From the IMG/VR virus record IMGVR_UViG_3300035670_000522, positions 1 to 40,647 of that record: a DNA stretch of 40,647 nt. One strand, 5' to 3'. Positions 16,914-25,423 of the stretch are shown in pieces. The first letter of the stretch is position 1. Every line of letters starts with the position of its first letter. Under the pieces are notes generated by a model. That model did not search any database, was not told the origin of the DNA, and saw only the letters and a program-made list of their open reading frames with translations. Made by a program: the position numbers and the translations under genes. The DNA comes from a virus. Taxonomy: Duplodnaviria > Caudoviricetes.

Positions 16914-17474
16914 ATGAGAACGGTTCCAATTGAGCTTCTGGATGAACTATTGATTTGCCGCCCAGAAGAAGGTGAATTGGTCTGGCGCGTTCGAACCTTT
17001 GAGCATTTTTCAGAAGCCCATGTATGGAAAACATGGAACATTCGATATGCCGGAACGCTAGCCCTGAATGCTATTGATGGGCTTGGGTACAAGTCCGGCA
17101 CGATCAAAGGTGTTCGGTTGAAAGCGCATCGAGTGATATGGTCTATGACGCACCGGCAATGGCCCAGCGACGACATAGATCACATCAACGGCAACCGACA
17201 GGATAACAGAATTGACAATCTGCGGTGTGTGACCAGACACGAAAACACAAAAAACAGAGCCGTTCAAAAAAACAGCACATCCCTCGTGCCCGGTGTGACA
17301 TGGCTGACACGCAATAAAAAATGGCGGGCTCGCATTACTGTTTCAGGAAACCGTATAGATCTTGGTTTGTACGATACTTTTGAAGACGCGGTAATGGTTA
17401 GAAAATCGGCCGAGCAGATGTATGGGTTTCACCCCAATCACGGGCGTGTCGTCCCGCTCCGCGCCAAAAGTTAA
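16914..17474 (+). CDS. HNH-AP2 homing endonuclease
   Basis: KAHRVIW...IDHINGNRQDNRIDNLR...EN; AP2 domain GVTW...KWRARI...LGLYDTFEDA; visibly lower GC. Confidence 0.9.
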   Translation: MRTVPIELLDELLICRPEEGELVWRVRTFEHFSEAHVWKTWNIRYAGTLALNAIDGLGYKSGTIKGVRLKAHRVIWSMTHRQWPSDDIDHINGNRQDNRIDNLRCVTRHENTKNRAVQKNSTSLVPGVTWLTRNKKWRARITVSGNRIDLGLYDTFEDAVMVRKSAEQMYGFHPNHGRVVPLRAKS

Positions 17475-17494
17475 TGCGTGGAACCTTGGCCCTC

Positions 17495-17521
17495 AGCCCT
17501 CACCGGCTGGGGGCTTTTTTT
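17495..17521 (+). terminator. Rho-independent terminator
   Basis: AGCCCTCA-CCGGC-TGGGGGCT followed by a T-run. Confidence 0.7.
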
Positions 17522-17703
17522 GTTTCGACTTCCACCGGGCACTCAGGACAGACATGCACAACCGGGAACCCGCGCCTGCGGACTGCCCACGCCCGGCGCT
17601 TGATAACTTCCCAAGCTTCGGCATGCGTATGCGCGTGGACCGTTTCGGACGATCCGCACACGTCGCACTTGGCTTCAAACTCTCCGGCGCGTTTCGTCAG
17701 CAT
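17500..17703 (-). CDS. Small Zn-ribbon protein
   Basis: CDVC...HVCPEC; directly downstream of the tailspike. Confidence 0.55.
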   Translation of the reverse strand: MLTKRAGEFEAKCDVCGSSETVHAHTHAEAWEVIKRRAWAVRRRGFPVVHVCPECPVEVETKKAPSR

Positions 17704-17704
17704 G

Positions 17705-19984
17705 TCACATCTCGCCATTCACAAGCATCGAGGTCTGCGTGATCGTATCGGAAGAGTTCCCGAGCTGGCCGCTGAACGTCACGGTAATGTCTGTTGCAGC
17801 AGAAATGGAATAGCTGTTGATGATCGCAAAAGATGATCCGGCTTCCTCAAACGTCGAGATTTCGCACCAGACCACGGACCCGATGCGCGTGAGCCTGATC
17901 CGGCACGCCCAATCCTGCTGATCGCCCGCCGCTTCACTTGCGACTACCGTTGTGTTGCCATTGATGCTGAGCCGAACCGTTTTCGTGCCGTTCGTGCCGC
18001 TCGCCGTTCCGCTCGCAAAAATGCTTACGGAGCGCCCCGTGAATTGTTCGTTGGCGCTCAGGACATGAGACATCATATCCGTCGAAGACGTGGTGCCCGT
18101 CACGGTTTGAGTCGCGGTGTTCCGGTCGTAGACGGTTGATCCGTTGAACGCGCCGATGCGAAGCGTGTCAGACTTGGCCGCTGATGAAAGGATCAGCGGA
18201 CCGTTGAGGTTGCCTTGCACCTGGTTGTCGTTTGTGATGATCAGGTCAAGCGCGCCGTCATCAACATAAAAACCGTATTCCTGCGTGGGCGAGCCTTGAT
18301 CATCCCAAATCTGGTTGCCGCTGAGGATGATCTGCGACGGGCCAGTCGTAGAGGAAGACAGGATGCCGATGCCATCAAGGCCGACAGTCGTTGACCGCCC
18401 GGTCCCGGCCTGCCCGTTGTTTGAAATGAAACAGCCCTGCGCGGTTCCCTTCACCACACCGTTGCAGAACGTGATGCCGTTATTGTCATTGCCAGAGATT
18501 GTGCAGCCTAGATGGATGATTTCATCGGCCTGCCCCAAATGCCTGAACCCATCACCGCCATTGTCGATGGCTTGGCAACCAATATAGACAACTTTCTTGT
18601 ATTCCGGCGTCGAGAATCCCGTCTCGAACCCGCCGCCGTCATTGGATTCCGAATGGCAACTGACATAAGTGCCAAGCCCCTTGAACCCGTTCAGCCAGTT
18701 GTCACGCCCTTGGCACGCAATCATGCGTGCCGAATAATGCGCCGGACCCGCAAATCCAGTGCCGCCTGAGCCGCCACCTGATTGGTGTGCAGACGATCCG
18801 CAACCCGTGGCGATACAGCCGACAATCACGTCATCCTTGCCGCATTCGTCCGATGTAACGCCAGCGTCAGACCACATGAACCCATGATCCACGGCGTTCT
18901 TGACTTCAACGTTGGTCATCCGCCAGCGCTGCGATGCGCCGAGACGATAAATGCCGCGCCAGTCGTTTCCGGTGCCTACAGACTGGTTCGTCTTGTTGCC
19001 GTCAAACGTAATGCCTTCAAGCTCGATGTCAGAAATGTCCTCCGCAAACAGTACATGGTCGTTTGCCGCATTCGCCAGCTTGATGATCGTGCGGCCCATG
19101 CCAGCGCCGCGAATACGTTTGTTGCCGGTCAGGAGTACAAGGCCGTCAACGAGGTAGGTCCCCTCCGGAATAAAGATGTCGTCTTCTGCCAGCAAGCTCG
19201 TCAGTGCGGCTGTGTCATTCGCGCTGTTGTTCCCAAGCGCCCCGAAATCAAAGGCGTTGGCAACATCCCCAAACCGATCTGCCAGCGTGCGCGGTGTAGT
19301 CGAGCCAGTTGACGTAACTTCTGCCGCCCCAACGCCGCCGCCCGTGCCAATCCAGTCCGCAACGGTCGTTACGTCCGTGATGTTATCTGCCACCGTGCCA
19401 ATATCAAGGTCAGCATCCGCAACAATCGCAATGTCAGCCGCCATCGCCGCGACGGTATTGATGTCCGCAGCCAAGGCCTCAACCGTACCGAAGTCCGCAA
19501 TCTCAGGCTGGCCCGTCACCGAATCGAACCCGAGAAGCCCGCCTGCCCGCGCGCTCGCCGGAGGCAACCTATCCCATGCCGCATCAGACAGGGCGCCCCG
19601 AAGGCTGCGGTCCTGCTGGTCAAGAAGCTGCGTGGTCTGCACCACAAGCGTGTCCAGCGCCGTGTTGATCGCATCGGGAAGGAACGCCCCTGCGTTCTGA
19701 ACATTGAGCGTCTGGGCAAAGGCCCGGTCTGAAATGATCGTCAGCGTCGTACCCGTGGCCGGCGCAGTCAGCATCGTGATCGACCCGCCCGGCGAGGCGT
19801 TCTGGTCCGCGTTCAGGCTCACCGTGTAATGCGTGGTCAGGGTCTTGACCGTATCAACACCGCTGGTCGTCGTGACCACTTGCAGGTCAGCCGCCGCGAA
19901 CGTCTTGAAGCTGAACGCAAAGACCTGCGTCGATCCGTTCCCGCTATATGGCCCCGCCCGGCGTGTCTCTGTGCTGATCGTCAT
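17705..19984 (-). CDS. Tailspike/tail fibre with right-handed beta-helix (putative polysaccharide depolymerase)
   Basis: N-terminal podovirus anchor YSGNGSTQVFAFSF; VA-heptad stalk; DFGALGNNSANDTAAL pectate-lyase-like start; many N..GI/GF beta-helix repeats. Confidence 0.88.
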   Translation of the reverse strand: MTISTETRRAGPYSGNGSTQVFAFSFKTFAAADLQVVTTTSGVDTVKTLTTHYTVSLNADQNASPGGSITMLTAPATGTTLTIISDRAFAQTLNVQNAGAFLPDAINTALDTLVVQTTQLLDQQDRSLRGALSDAAWDRLPPASARAGGLLGFDSVTGQPEIADFGTVEALAADINTVAAMAADIAIVADADLDIGTVADNITDVTTVADWIGTGGGVGAAEVTSTGSTTPRTLADRFGDVANAFDFGALGNNSANDTAALTSLLAEDDIFIPEGTYLVDGLVLLTGNKRIRGAGMGRTIIKLANAANDHVLFAEDISDIELEGITFDGNKTNQSVGTGNDWRGIYRLGASQRWRMTNVEVKNAVDHGFMWSDAGVTSDECGKDDVIVGCIATGCGSSAHQSGGGSGGTGFAGPAHYSARMIACQGRDNWLNGFKGLGTYVSCHSESNDGGGFETGFSTPEYKKVVYIGCQAIDNGGDGFRHLGQADEIIHLGCTISGNDNNGITFCNGVVKGTAQGCFISNNGQAGTGRSTTVGLDGIGILSSSTTGPSQIILSGNQIWDDQGSPTQEYGFYVDDGALDLIITNDNQVQGNLNGPLILSSAAKSDTLRIGAFNGSTVYDRNTATQTVTGTTSSTDMMSHVLSANEQFTGRSVSIFASGTASGTNGTKTVRLSINGNTTVVASEAAGDQQDWACRIRLTRIGSVVWCEISTFEEAGSSFAIINSYSISAATDITVTFSGQLGNSSDTITQTSMLVNGEM

Positions 19985-19993
19985 CGATATCTC

Positions 19994-20425
19994 CTAGCTC
20001 AGTTTCTGCGCTTTGGCGCAGCGTGTCAAAACTTCATCTTTCAGGCGGGGGACATTGCTGTCAGGGTCTTCCTCGATCCACATCAGGGACATCTCTGCTG
20101 AGCAAGTCGTCTCGCCAATGTCCGCAAGGATGGCCTGCCGGGTGAAGTATCCGCTGATCATTCCAGACAGGATGAACACCGTCAGCGTTAGGAACGCGAC
20201 AGAGACGTAGGGACCGAACGTCAGGGCATGGGCCACCGCTGTAGGCACTTCCCGGCCCGGCAGCTTCTCAGGCTGTGCAGGGGCAGACAGGGCCTCTACC
20301 GCGTTCGCCGTCCGGTCAAGGAACTTGGACCGTAGCGGATGCTCAATCACGCCTTGCGGCAAAGGCTGGCGCACAGCGGATTCAACACCGGCTTTCTGGA
20401 GGATGTCCCTGACGCGCTCACTCAT
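19994..20425 (-). CDS. Single-pass membrane protein (lysis-region accessory)
   Basis: Likely start ATG 20425 (ATGA overlap); TM YVSVAFLTLTVFILSGMISGYF, then a short domain with two Cys. Confidence 0.6.
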   Translation of the reverse strand: MSERVRDILQKAGVESAVRQPLPQGVIEHPLRSKFLDRTANAVEALSAPAQPEKLPGREVPTAVAHALTFGPYVSVAFLTLTVFILSGMISGYFTRQAILADIGETTCSAEMSLMWIEEDPDSNVPRLKDEVLTRCAKAQKLS

Positions 20426-20703
20426 TGAGGGCAATCCATCTGGTGAAAGGCTTCCCGGTCGCAGGCGCTTGCCCATTGGCAGAGGTTTGCGCGCACATAC
20501 TGGCGCGCACCTACGGGCCAAACCGCCTGTTCCTCAGGTGGGGCGCTTACGGGCAAGGGTGTCTGGCCCCGGCACACTTCAGCTTTTGCCTCGGAAACCA
20601 GGGTCTCCTGCCTCTCGGTCACGTCCGAAGGTAAGCCGGAACTCTGTGTCTGACATGCTGGCAATAGGGTTAGGCACGTCGCGCATAGCACGCTCACCCG
20701 CAT
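20422..20703 (-). CDS. o-spanin (Rz1-like lipoprotein)
   Basis: MRVSVLCATCLTLLPA-C lipobox; Pro/Cys-rich; starts inside the upstream gene in another frame. Confidence 0.7.
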   Translation of the reverse strand: MRVSVLCATCLTLLPACQTQSSGLPSDVTERQETLVSEAKAEVCRGQTPLPVSAPPEEQAVWPVGARQYVRANLCQWASACDREAFHQMDCPQ

Positions 20704-20956
20704 CAATGGCCTGATCTGCATCACTCGTCTCCTGTTCGATAATCTCCTTGGCAGACTGATCCGCTTCTGCCTTGCGTTCAACATCTACCTCGCGCTGGCG
20801 CACACGTTCCTGTTTCCTGCCCTGCCCCTCGCGGCGTTCACCCCAGAGGATCAGCGCAATCAGGAACGCGAGGATGCCCAAGATCCACTGCACCACCGGA
20901 TTGTTCGCAATCCAGTTGCCAAGCTTTGAGAACACCATGCCGATGGCCGCAATCAT
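20579..20956 (-). CDS. i-spanin (Rz-like)
   Basis: N-terminal TM followed by a charged coiled coil; overlaps the lipoprotein gene; follows the endolysin. Confidence 0.7.
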   Translation of the reverse strand: MIAAIGMVFSKLGNWIANNPVVQWILGILAFLIALILWGERREGQGRKQERVRQREVDVERKAEADQSAKEIIEQETSDADQAIDAGERAMRDVPNPIASMSDTEFRLTFGRDREAGDPGFRGKS

Positions 20957-22083
20957 ACCAGCACCTTCTTCGCCTTCTTCTCACCCCACCAGCGCACGGC
21001 CTCTCCCGCAATCATCACGGCGAACCCGGTATAGGCGTCCAGCAGTATCGGATCAGCCGCAATCCCATTGGCGACCTGCCCCACCGCGCCGCCCGTCTGG
21101 GCTACAAGGCCGGCAGAGCCATCAGTGAAGAACGAGAACCGCCCCAGGATGATCAGCACCCAGCCCCAGAACCGGCGAGAGTAGACCATCGCCTTGGCCC
21201 CGGCGTTCGGGTCGAAGTCATTGGGCAGCGTCGGCTGCGGCTTGGGCGCGGACACGGGTTTCTCCTTGGGGATGGGAGGGGGTGGGATGATCTCTGGCAG
21301 GGGTTTGGCCTCAACCGGGACTGTCGGGGCAGGCTTGGGCGGATCGGGCTCAGCGGCAATTGTAGCGGCTTGCAGGGGATACTTCCGGGCCACCGCCAGC
21401 ACAGCGGCAAACTCAGTCTGCCGGACAATGCGGTCTTCCCATCGACCCTTGGCAGCGTTCCAGACGGCCTCGGTCGCCAGTTCGATGGCATCATTCTTGA
21501 CCGCCTCGCGCCAGTCCAGGCCAAGGAACATGCATCCTTCTGCATGATGACGCCGGAGAAGCCCACGAAACCTGCGGAAATACATGCAAGGCTTGCCGTC
21601 AGGTCCGATCCACCGGCCCGTGGCCCGGCTCCATTCAGGAAAGGACGGGGCAATTCCGGCAGCAATCTCGCTCGGGCTAGGCCCCGGACTGGTCGCCCCC
21701 GTCCACATACCAAACGCCGCCGCCGCATCTTCATACCGGCCATCATTCAGGTGCCGGACAACACTGGACTTTGCCGCTGCCGATCCGCCAATATTGAACG
21801 CAAGGCAGGCCAAGGCCCCCGCCTGATACGCCGTGATGTCACGGGTCAAGGCATTCCAGACCGGCGCGGCTTCCTTGCGTAGCGCGTACAGGGTCAGAGG
21901 CATCACCTGATCTTCGGTGATCGTGTCGCCCTTCTTGAACGGTACGTCATTCAGGTCGTAGGTGACACCATATGCCACCTCATACCGATTGCCTTCACAA
22001 AGCCGGGCCGTGAGCCGGGGCTTGCCCTCGAACTCGAACAGCAGTTCGAACGTCTTCGGGTGCAACTCAGGTGGGGTAATCAC
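20953..22083 (-). CDS. Endolysin (GH24 lysozyme) with Pro-rich linker and C-terminal membrane domain
   Basis: FEG...YG; AL.CLAFNIG...SSVVRHLNDG; GLLRR..AE..FL; C-terminal SRRFWGWVLIILG...GFAVMIAG. Confidence 0.85.
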   Translation of the reverse strand: MITPPELHPKTFELLFEFEGKPRLTARLCEGNRYEVAYGVTYDLNDVPFKKGDTITEDQVMPLTLYALRKEAAPVWNALTRDITAYQAGALACLAFNIGGSAAAKSSVVRHLNDGRYEDAAAAFGMWTGATSPGPSPSEIAAGIAPSFPEWSRATGRWIGPDGKPCMYFRRFRGLLRRHHAEGCMFLGLDWREAVKNDAIELATEAVWNAAKGRWEDRIVRQTEFAAVLAVARKYPLQAATIAAEPDPPKPAPTVPVEAKPLPEIIPPPPIPKEKPVSAPKPQPTLPNDFDPNAGAKAMVYSRRFWGWVLIILGRFSFFTDGSAGLVAQTGGAVGQVANGIAADPILLDAYTGFAVMIAGEAVRWWGEKKAKKVLV

Positions 22084-23534
22084 GCCGCTTCCTCCTGCGT
22101 CCCGCCATACACGACTTCGCCCGCGATCCAGACTTTCAACCGGCCACCGGGGTCAATGTCCAGCATCACCGGAACCCGCGCCCCAGCCTCCACCGGCAAG
22201 GTGCAGCGCCAGGCTTCCGTGTTGCCCTTGGCCACCGGGTCATCGCCTTGCAGGACAACCAGCTCAATCTCGGTCTGGTCTTCCCGCGCCGCCCTCAACA
22301 CCCGCTCGCGCCGGATCGGGAACGTCTCGCCCTTCTTGATGAATGCGTAATATCCTCCGCCCGCCACCCGCACGCCGACCGAAGCCGTCACGAGTTGCTG
22401 CATCACGGCAGGCTTGATCCGCCCGTCCAGTTCTGCCGCCCGGATTGCAGCACCGAGGGCAACCGCCTGCTCAGCTTTCGGGCCGTCCTTGATGATCTTC
22501 TTCGCCCCGAACATGCCTTCCAGCACCGAGCGGATCAGCGGCATACGGGATTGCCCACCCACCAGAAGCACCCCGTCGATCTCTGCCGGCGTCATCTTTG
22601 CCTGTGCCAATGCGTCCTGCACACTGGCAATCGTGCGGATCACAAGGTCTTCCGTCAGTTGCTCGAACTGCGCCCGCGTCACGGGCTCCGTCAGGCTGGA
22701 CAGGCCGGAACGCCATGCAACATTGGCCTCTTCGATCAGCGCCGTCTCGGACGTGGACAGGGCCTTCTTTGCATCCTCGGCCGCACGCAGCACGCCCACC
22801 ATCTGCTTTGGCTGTGCCCGCAGGTCTTCGCCTTCCTTGGCGAAGAACTGGTCAACGGCATAGTCAGCCAGCCGCTTGTCAAAGTCCGCCCCGCCAAGCT
22901 GGGCCGAACCGGACATGCCAAGGGCCTTGGTGTTGCCGTCCTTGATTTTCAGGATCGTGGCATCGAAGGTGCCGCCGCCAAAATCATACACCAGAACCCG
23001 GCTGTATTTCGTGCGGTCCAGTGAATAGGCCAGAGCAGCGCAATAAGGCTCGCGGAACAGGTCAACCTTCTTGATGCCTGCTAGTGCAGCAGCTTCCCGA
23101 ATGGCCTCATCCTGGGGCTCGCGGAAGTCCACAGGCACGGCAATGACCGCGCCCGTGGGCCTCCGACCGAGCCGCACATCTGCCGCCAGCAGGAGACTTT
23201 TCAGAACTTCGGCCACAAGCATCGGCCCGGAGAGCAAAGCATTGCGGCCCCGCCACCAGACCTTGCCGTCAGGGCCTTCCGCCAGATGGATAGACCCGTG
23301 TTCCTGTTCGTTGTAATCGACGCCGAGGTAGCGCTTGATGTTGTGGAACGTGAACTCAGGCGCGCGGCGCAGATGACGGGCAGCGGCTAGGCCAGTCACC
23401 AGACCTTCCGGCGTATCAGCCACGACCGAAGGCATGTAGTCTGCCCCGTCCACGGTCTCGATCATGTCCGGCCCGGTCGGGCGATAGAACGCCACCGAAG
23501 AATTGGACGTGCCGAAGTCGATGCCGATCCTCAT
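22080..23534 (-). CDS. Hsp70/DnaK-family ATPase, truncated after the beta-sandwich (no helical lid)
   Basis: IGIDFGTSNS, IKR, EP.CAALAY, VYDFGGGTFD, LGGADFD, VLLVGGQSRMP, AVALGAA, VLQGD; 484 aa. Confidence 0.93.
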   Translation of the reverse strand: MRIGIDFGTSNSSVAFYRPTGPDMIETVDGADYMPSVVADTPEGLVTGLAAARHLRRAPEFTFHNIKRYLGVDYNEQEHGSIHLAEGPDGKVWWRGRNALLSGPMLVAEVLKSLLLAADVRLGRRPTGAVIAVPVDFREPQDEAIREAAALAGIKKVDLFREPYCAALAYSLDRTKYSRVLVYDFGGGTFDATILKIKDGNTKALGMSGSAQLGGADFDKRLADYAVDQFFAKEGEDLRAQPKQMVGVLRAAEDAKKALSTSETALIEEANVAWRSGLSSLTEPVTRAQFEQLTEDLVIRTIASVQDALAQAKMTPAEIDGVLLVGGQSRMPLIRSVLEGMFGAKKIIKDGPKAEQAVALGAAIRAAELDGRIKPAVMQQLVTASVGVRVAGGGYYAFIKKGETFPIRRERVLRAAREDQTEIELVVLQGDDPVAKGNTEAWRCTLPVEAGARVPVMLDIDPGGRLKVWIAGEVVYGGTQEEAA

Positions 23535-24613
23535 GCGGTACGCTCCGCATCAAAGGCGCCGGGTTCATCAATCGGAATGCTGTCGTCTACCTTGCCGGTC
23601 TCGTTGTTGAACGCGGTGGATTCACCACCCTTCTGGGCGTTCGGATTCTTTGGCTTTGGCGGTTCAGGGGTGGGATCAGGTTCGGCCACCGCCTCGTCAA
23701 TCGCAGCGTCAATGTCAGGTTCGGTCACATCGGCGGATTGATCCTCCTCCCGATCCGTCGCCCGCCTGCCATACCGTGCATTCTCCCGTGTGCCTGCCAT
23801 CAGGAACGCCCAGACCCCAAACGAGCGCGCCGCCTCAGCGACTAGCAAAAGGATTTGTGCCCACAGTTCCCGGTAGCCTGCCTCATCGGCCTGCGTCCTA
23901 AGCGTGATCGCTTCCTCACGCTTGGCCTGTGCTGGGGCTAGGGCCATCACAGCGCTATCCTGTGCAGACCCCGTGTCCAGTTTCGATTGCAGCACAGCGA
24001 TACGGTTGCGGATCGTCTCGCCCCGTGCGCGCATGGCCGCTTCTGTCAACTCGGCCCGGATGCCATCAATGCGTCCCTCATAGAGACCCAGCGCGGTCAG
24101 CCTGCGTTGTGCCTCCTCAATCCGGCTGGAGGTCATCAGGTCCAGTTCAACGTTCAGCGCGGCCAGTTCCTCACGGTCCAGCCTGCGTTGCTCGCTGGCC
24201 TCGGTCTTCGTATCGGTCGGCAGGGTGTCCAGCTTTGCCGCCTCAGCGTCCGCCAGATCAGCGCGGGACCGAAGGGCTTCCGGTGCGTCAATGAACACAT
24301 CCGACATCCAGTGCTTGACCGCTGCCTTACCGTTCTCGACACAGAACCAGGCGAGGCCCGCAAACACCAGAACACCCACGGCCTGCCGCCAGCGGGTTTC
24401 ACCCAGCACGATCAGGGAGAACGCCGCCACAAGGGCAATCTCTGCCCCGATGGCAAGCCCTGTAAAGGCCCAGCTTTTCGTGGCAACCCAAGCGCCAGTG
24501 GCGTTCGTTATGGCAAGGAACAGCGTGATGAACGCAATGCCAACGCCGAAGATCCATTTCAGGAGCCGCCGTTCATCATGGACCGAAGACAGGCCAAGAG
24601 GCAGAGCCATCAC
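23531..24613 (-). CDS. Membrane protein with coiled coil and peptidoglycan-binding domain
   Basis: Three N-terminal TMs; IEEAQRRLTALGLYEGRIDGI...TEAAMR (PG_binding_1-like); later hydrophobic segment; acidic Pro-rich tail. Confidence 0.75.
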   Translation of the reverse strand: MMALPLGLSSVHDERRLLKWIFGVGIAFITLFLAITNATGAWVATKSWAFTGLAIGAEIALVAAFSLIVLGETRWRQAVGVLVFAGLAWFCVENGKAAVKHWMSDVFIDAPEALRSRADLADAEAAKLDTLPTDTKTEASEQRRLDREELAALNVELDLMTSSRIEEAQRRLTALGLYEGRIDGIRAELTEAAMRARGETIRNRIAVLQSKLDTGSAQDSAVMALAPAQAKREEAITLRTQADEAGYRELWAQILLLVAEAARSFGVWAFLMAGTRENARYGRRATDREEDQSADVTEPDIDAAIDEAVAEPDPTPEPPKPKNPNAQKGGESTAFNNETGKVDDSIPIDEPGAFDAERTA

Positions 24614-25020
24614 CCGCCCCCGTGTATAATCATGTTATACAGCGCATACAGAATGCCAGCAGCACCCACGACGCCAAGGGCGATGGTCTGACGGCTAATG
24701 TCAGCCTCGCGCTTCTTGTCACGTTCTTCCTGAGCCGCCAGCCGGTTCTCAAGCTCGCGCACCTTGGAATCCGCATAGGCCATGACCTCTGCCCGCATCT
24801 TCCCGATCTCCGCCGTCCGGTCTGCCGTGATTGTGCGAACCGCCTGATTGACTGCCTTTTCAATCAGCGCTTCAGTTTCCACCCTGATTTCAAGGCGTTG
24901 TTTTGCAGCCAGCTCGAAGTCGATGAATGACTTCATCGTGCCGCGCATCTCTGCGATCTCATCGGTCTGCTTCATAATCGCAGCCCGTAGAGCCTCCAGT
25001 CCCTCAGCCCCGTCAGCCAT
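24610..25020 (-). CDS. Coiled-coil protein with a C-terminal TM (holin/XhlA-like candidate)
   Basis: Long helical region, then IALGVVGAAGILYALYNMII at the C-terminus. Confidence 0.55.
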   Translation of the reverse strand: MADGAEGLEALRAAIMKQTDEIAEMRGTMKSFIDFELAAKQRLEIRVETEALIEKAVNQAVRTITADRTAEIGKMRAEVMAYADSKVRELENRLAAQEERDKKREADISRQTIALGVVGAAGILYALYNMIIHGGG

Positions 25021-25382
25021 CAGTCACCCGTTAACTGGATATGCGCGGTCAGGTGCCGCAGTCGTTCATGTTCTTCCGGGGCCATATCGCCGTCGCGTTG
25101 CAGGCCGAACAGTTCCACAATCTCAGCCCGGAGGCGGGCCAGTGTGGCCTCGTCCGTCTCGCCGGGGTTCGCCTCGTTGGCGAGAAATTCGCTCAGGGGG
25201 TCATACCGCATGAAGTCCGGCATCTGGATTTCGGCCGGCGCATCAAGGTAGCGATCCACGATGACTTCGCGGTCCACGTAGATCACCTCACCCGGCTTGC
25301 GGATTTTGCGCGCCGCAATCTCCTCGGCCCGCCATGCCGCATACCCTTCGCGGCCCAGTTCCTTAAACTTTTCAACGCTCAT
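25020..25382 (-). CDS. Hypothetical protein
   Basis: 120-aa ORF, TGATG-coupled to the next gene. Confidence 0.65.
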   Translation of the reverse strand: MSVEKFKELGREGYAAWRAEEIAARKIRKPGEVIYVDREVIVDRYLDAPAEIQMPDFMRYDPLSEFLANEANPGETDEATLARLRAEIVELFGLQRDGDMAPEEHERLRHLTAHIQLTGD

Positions 25383-25423
25383 GGGTCAGCCCTTTCCCTT
25401 CCCGCTATGAACTAGTTCGCCCG

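Noticed and set aside
17500-20000. Diversity-generating retroelement as in BPP-1
   Set aside because: No reverse transcriptase, Avd or TR/VR repeat pair seen; the receptor-binding protein is a beta-helix tailspike, not Mtd-like
22080-23534. Host dnaK from a chimeric assembly or prophage boundary
   Set aside because: The gene overlaps phage genes at both ends (ATGA/GTGA), is truncated and divergent, and has no dnaJ/grpE neighbours
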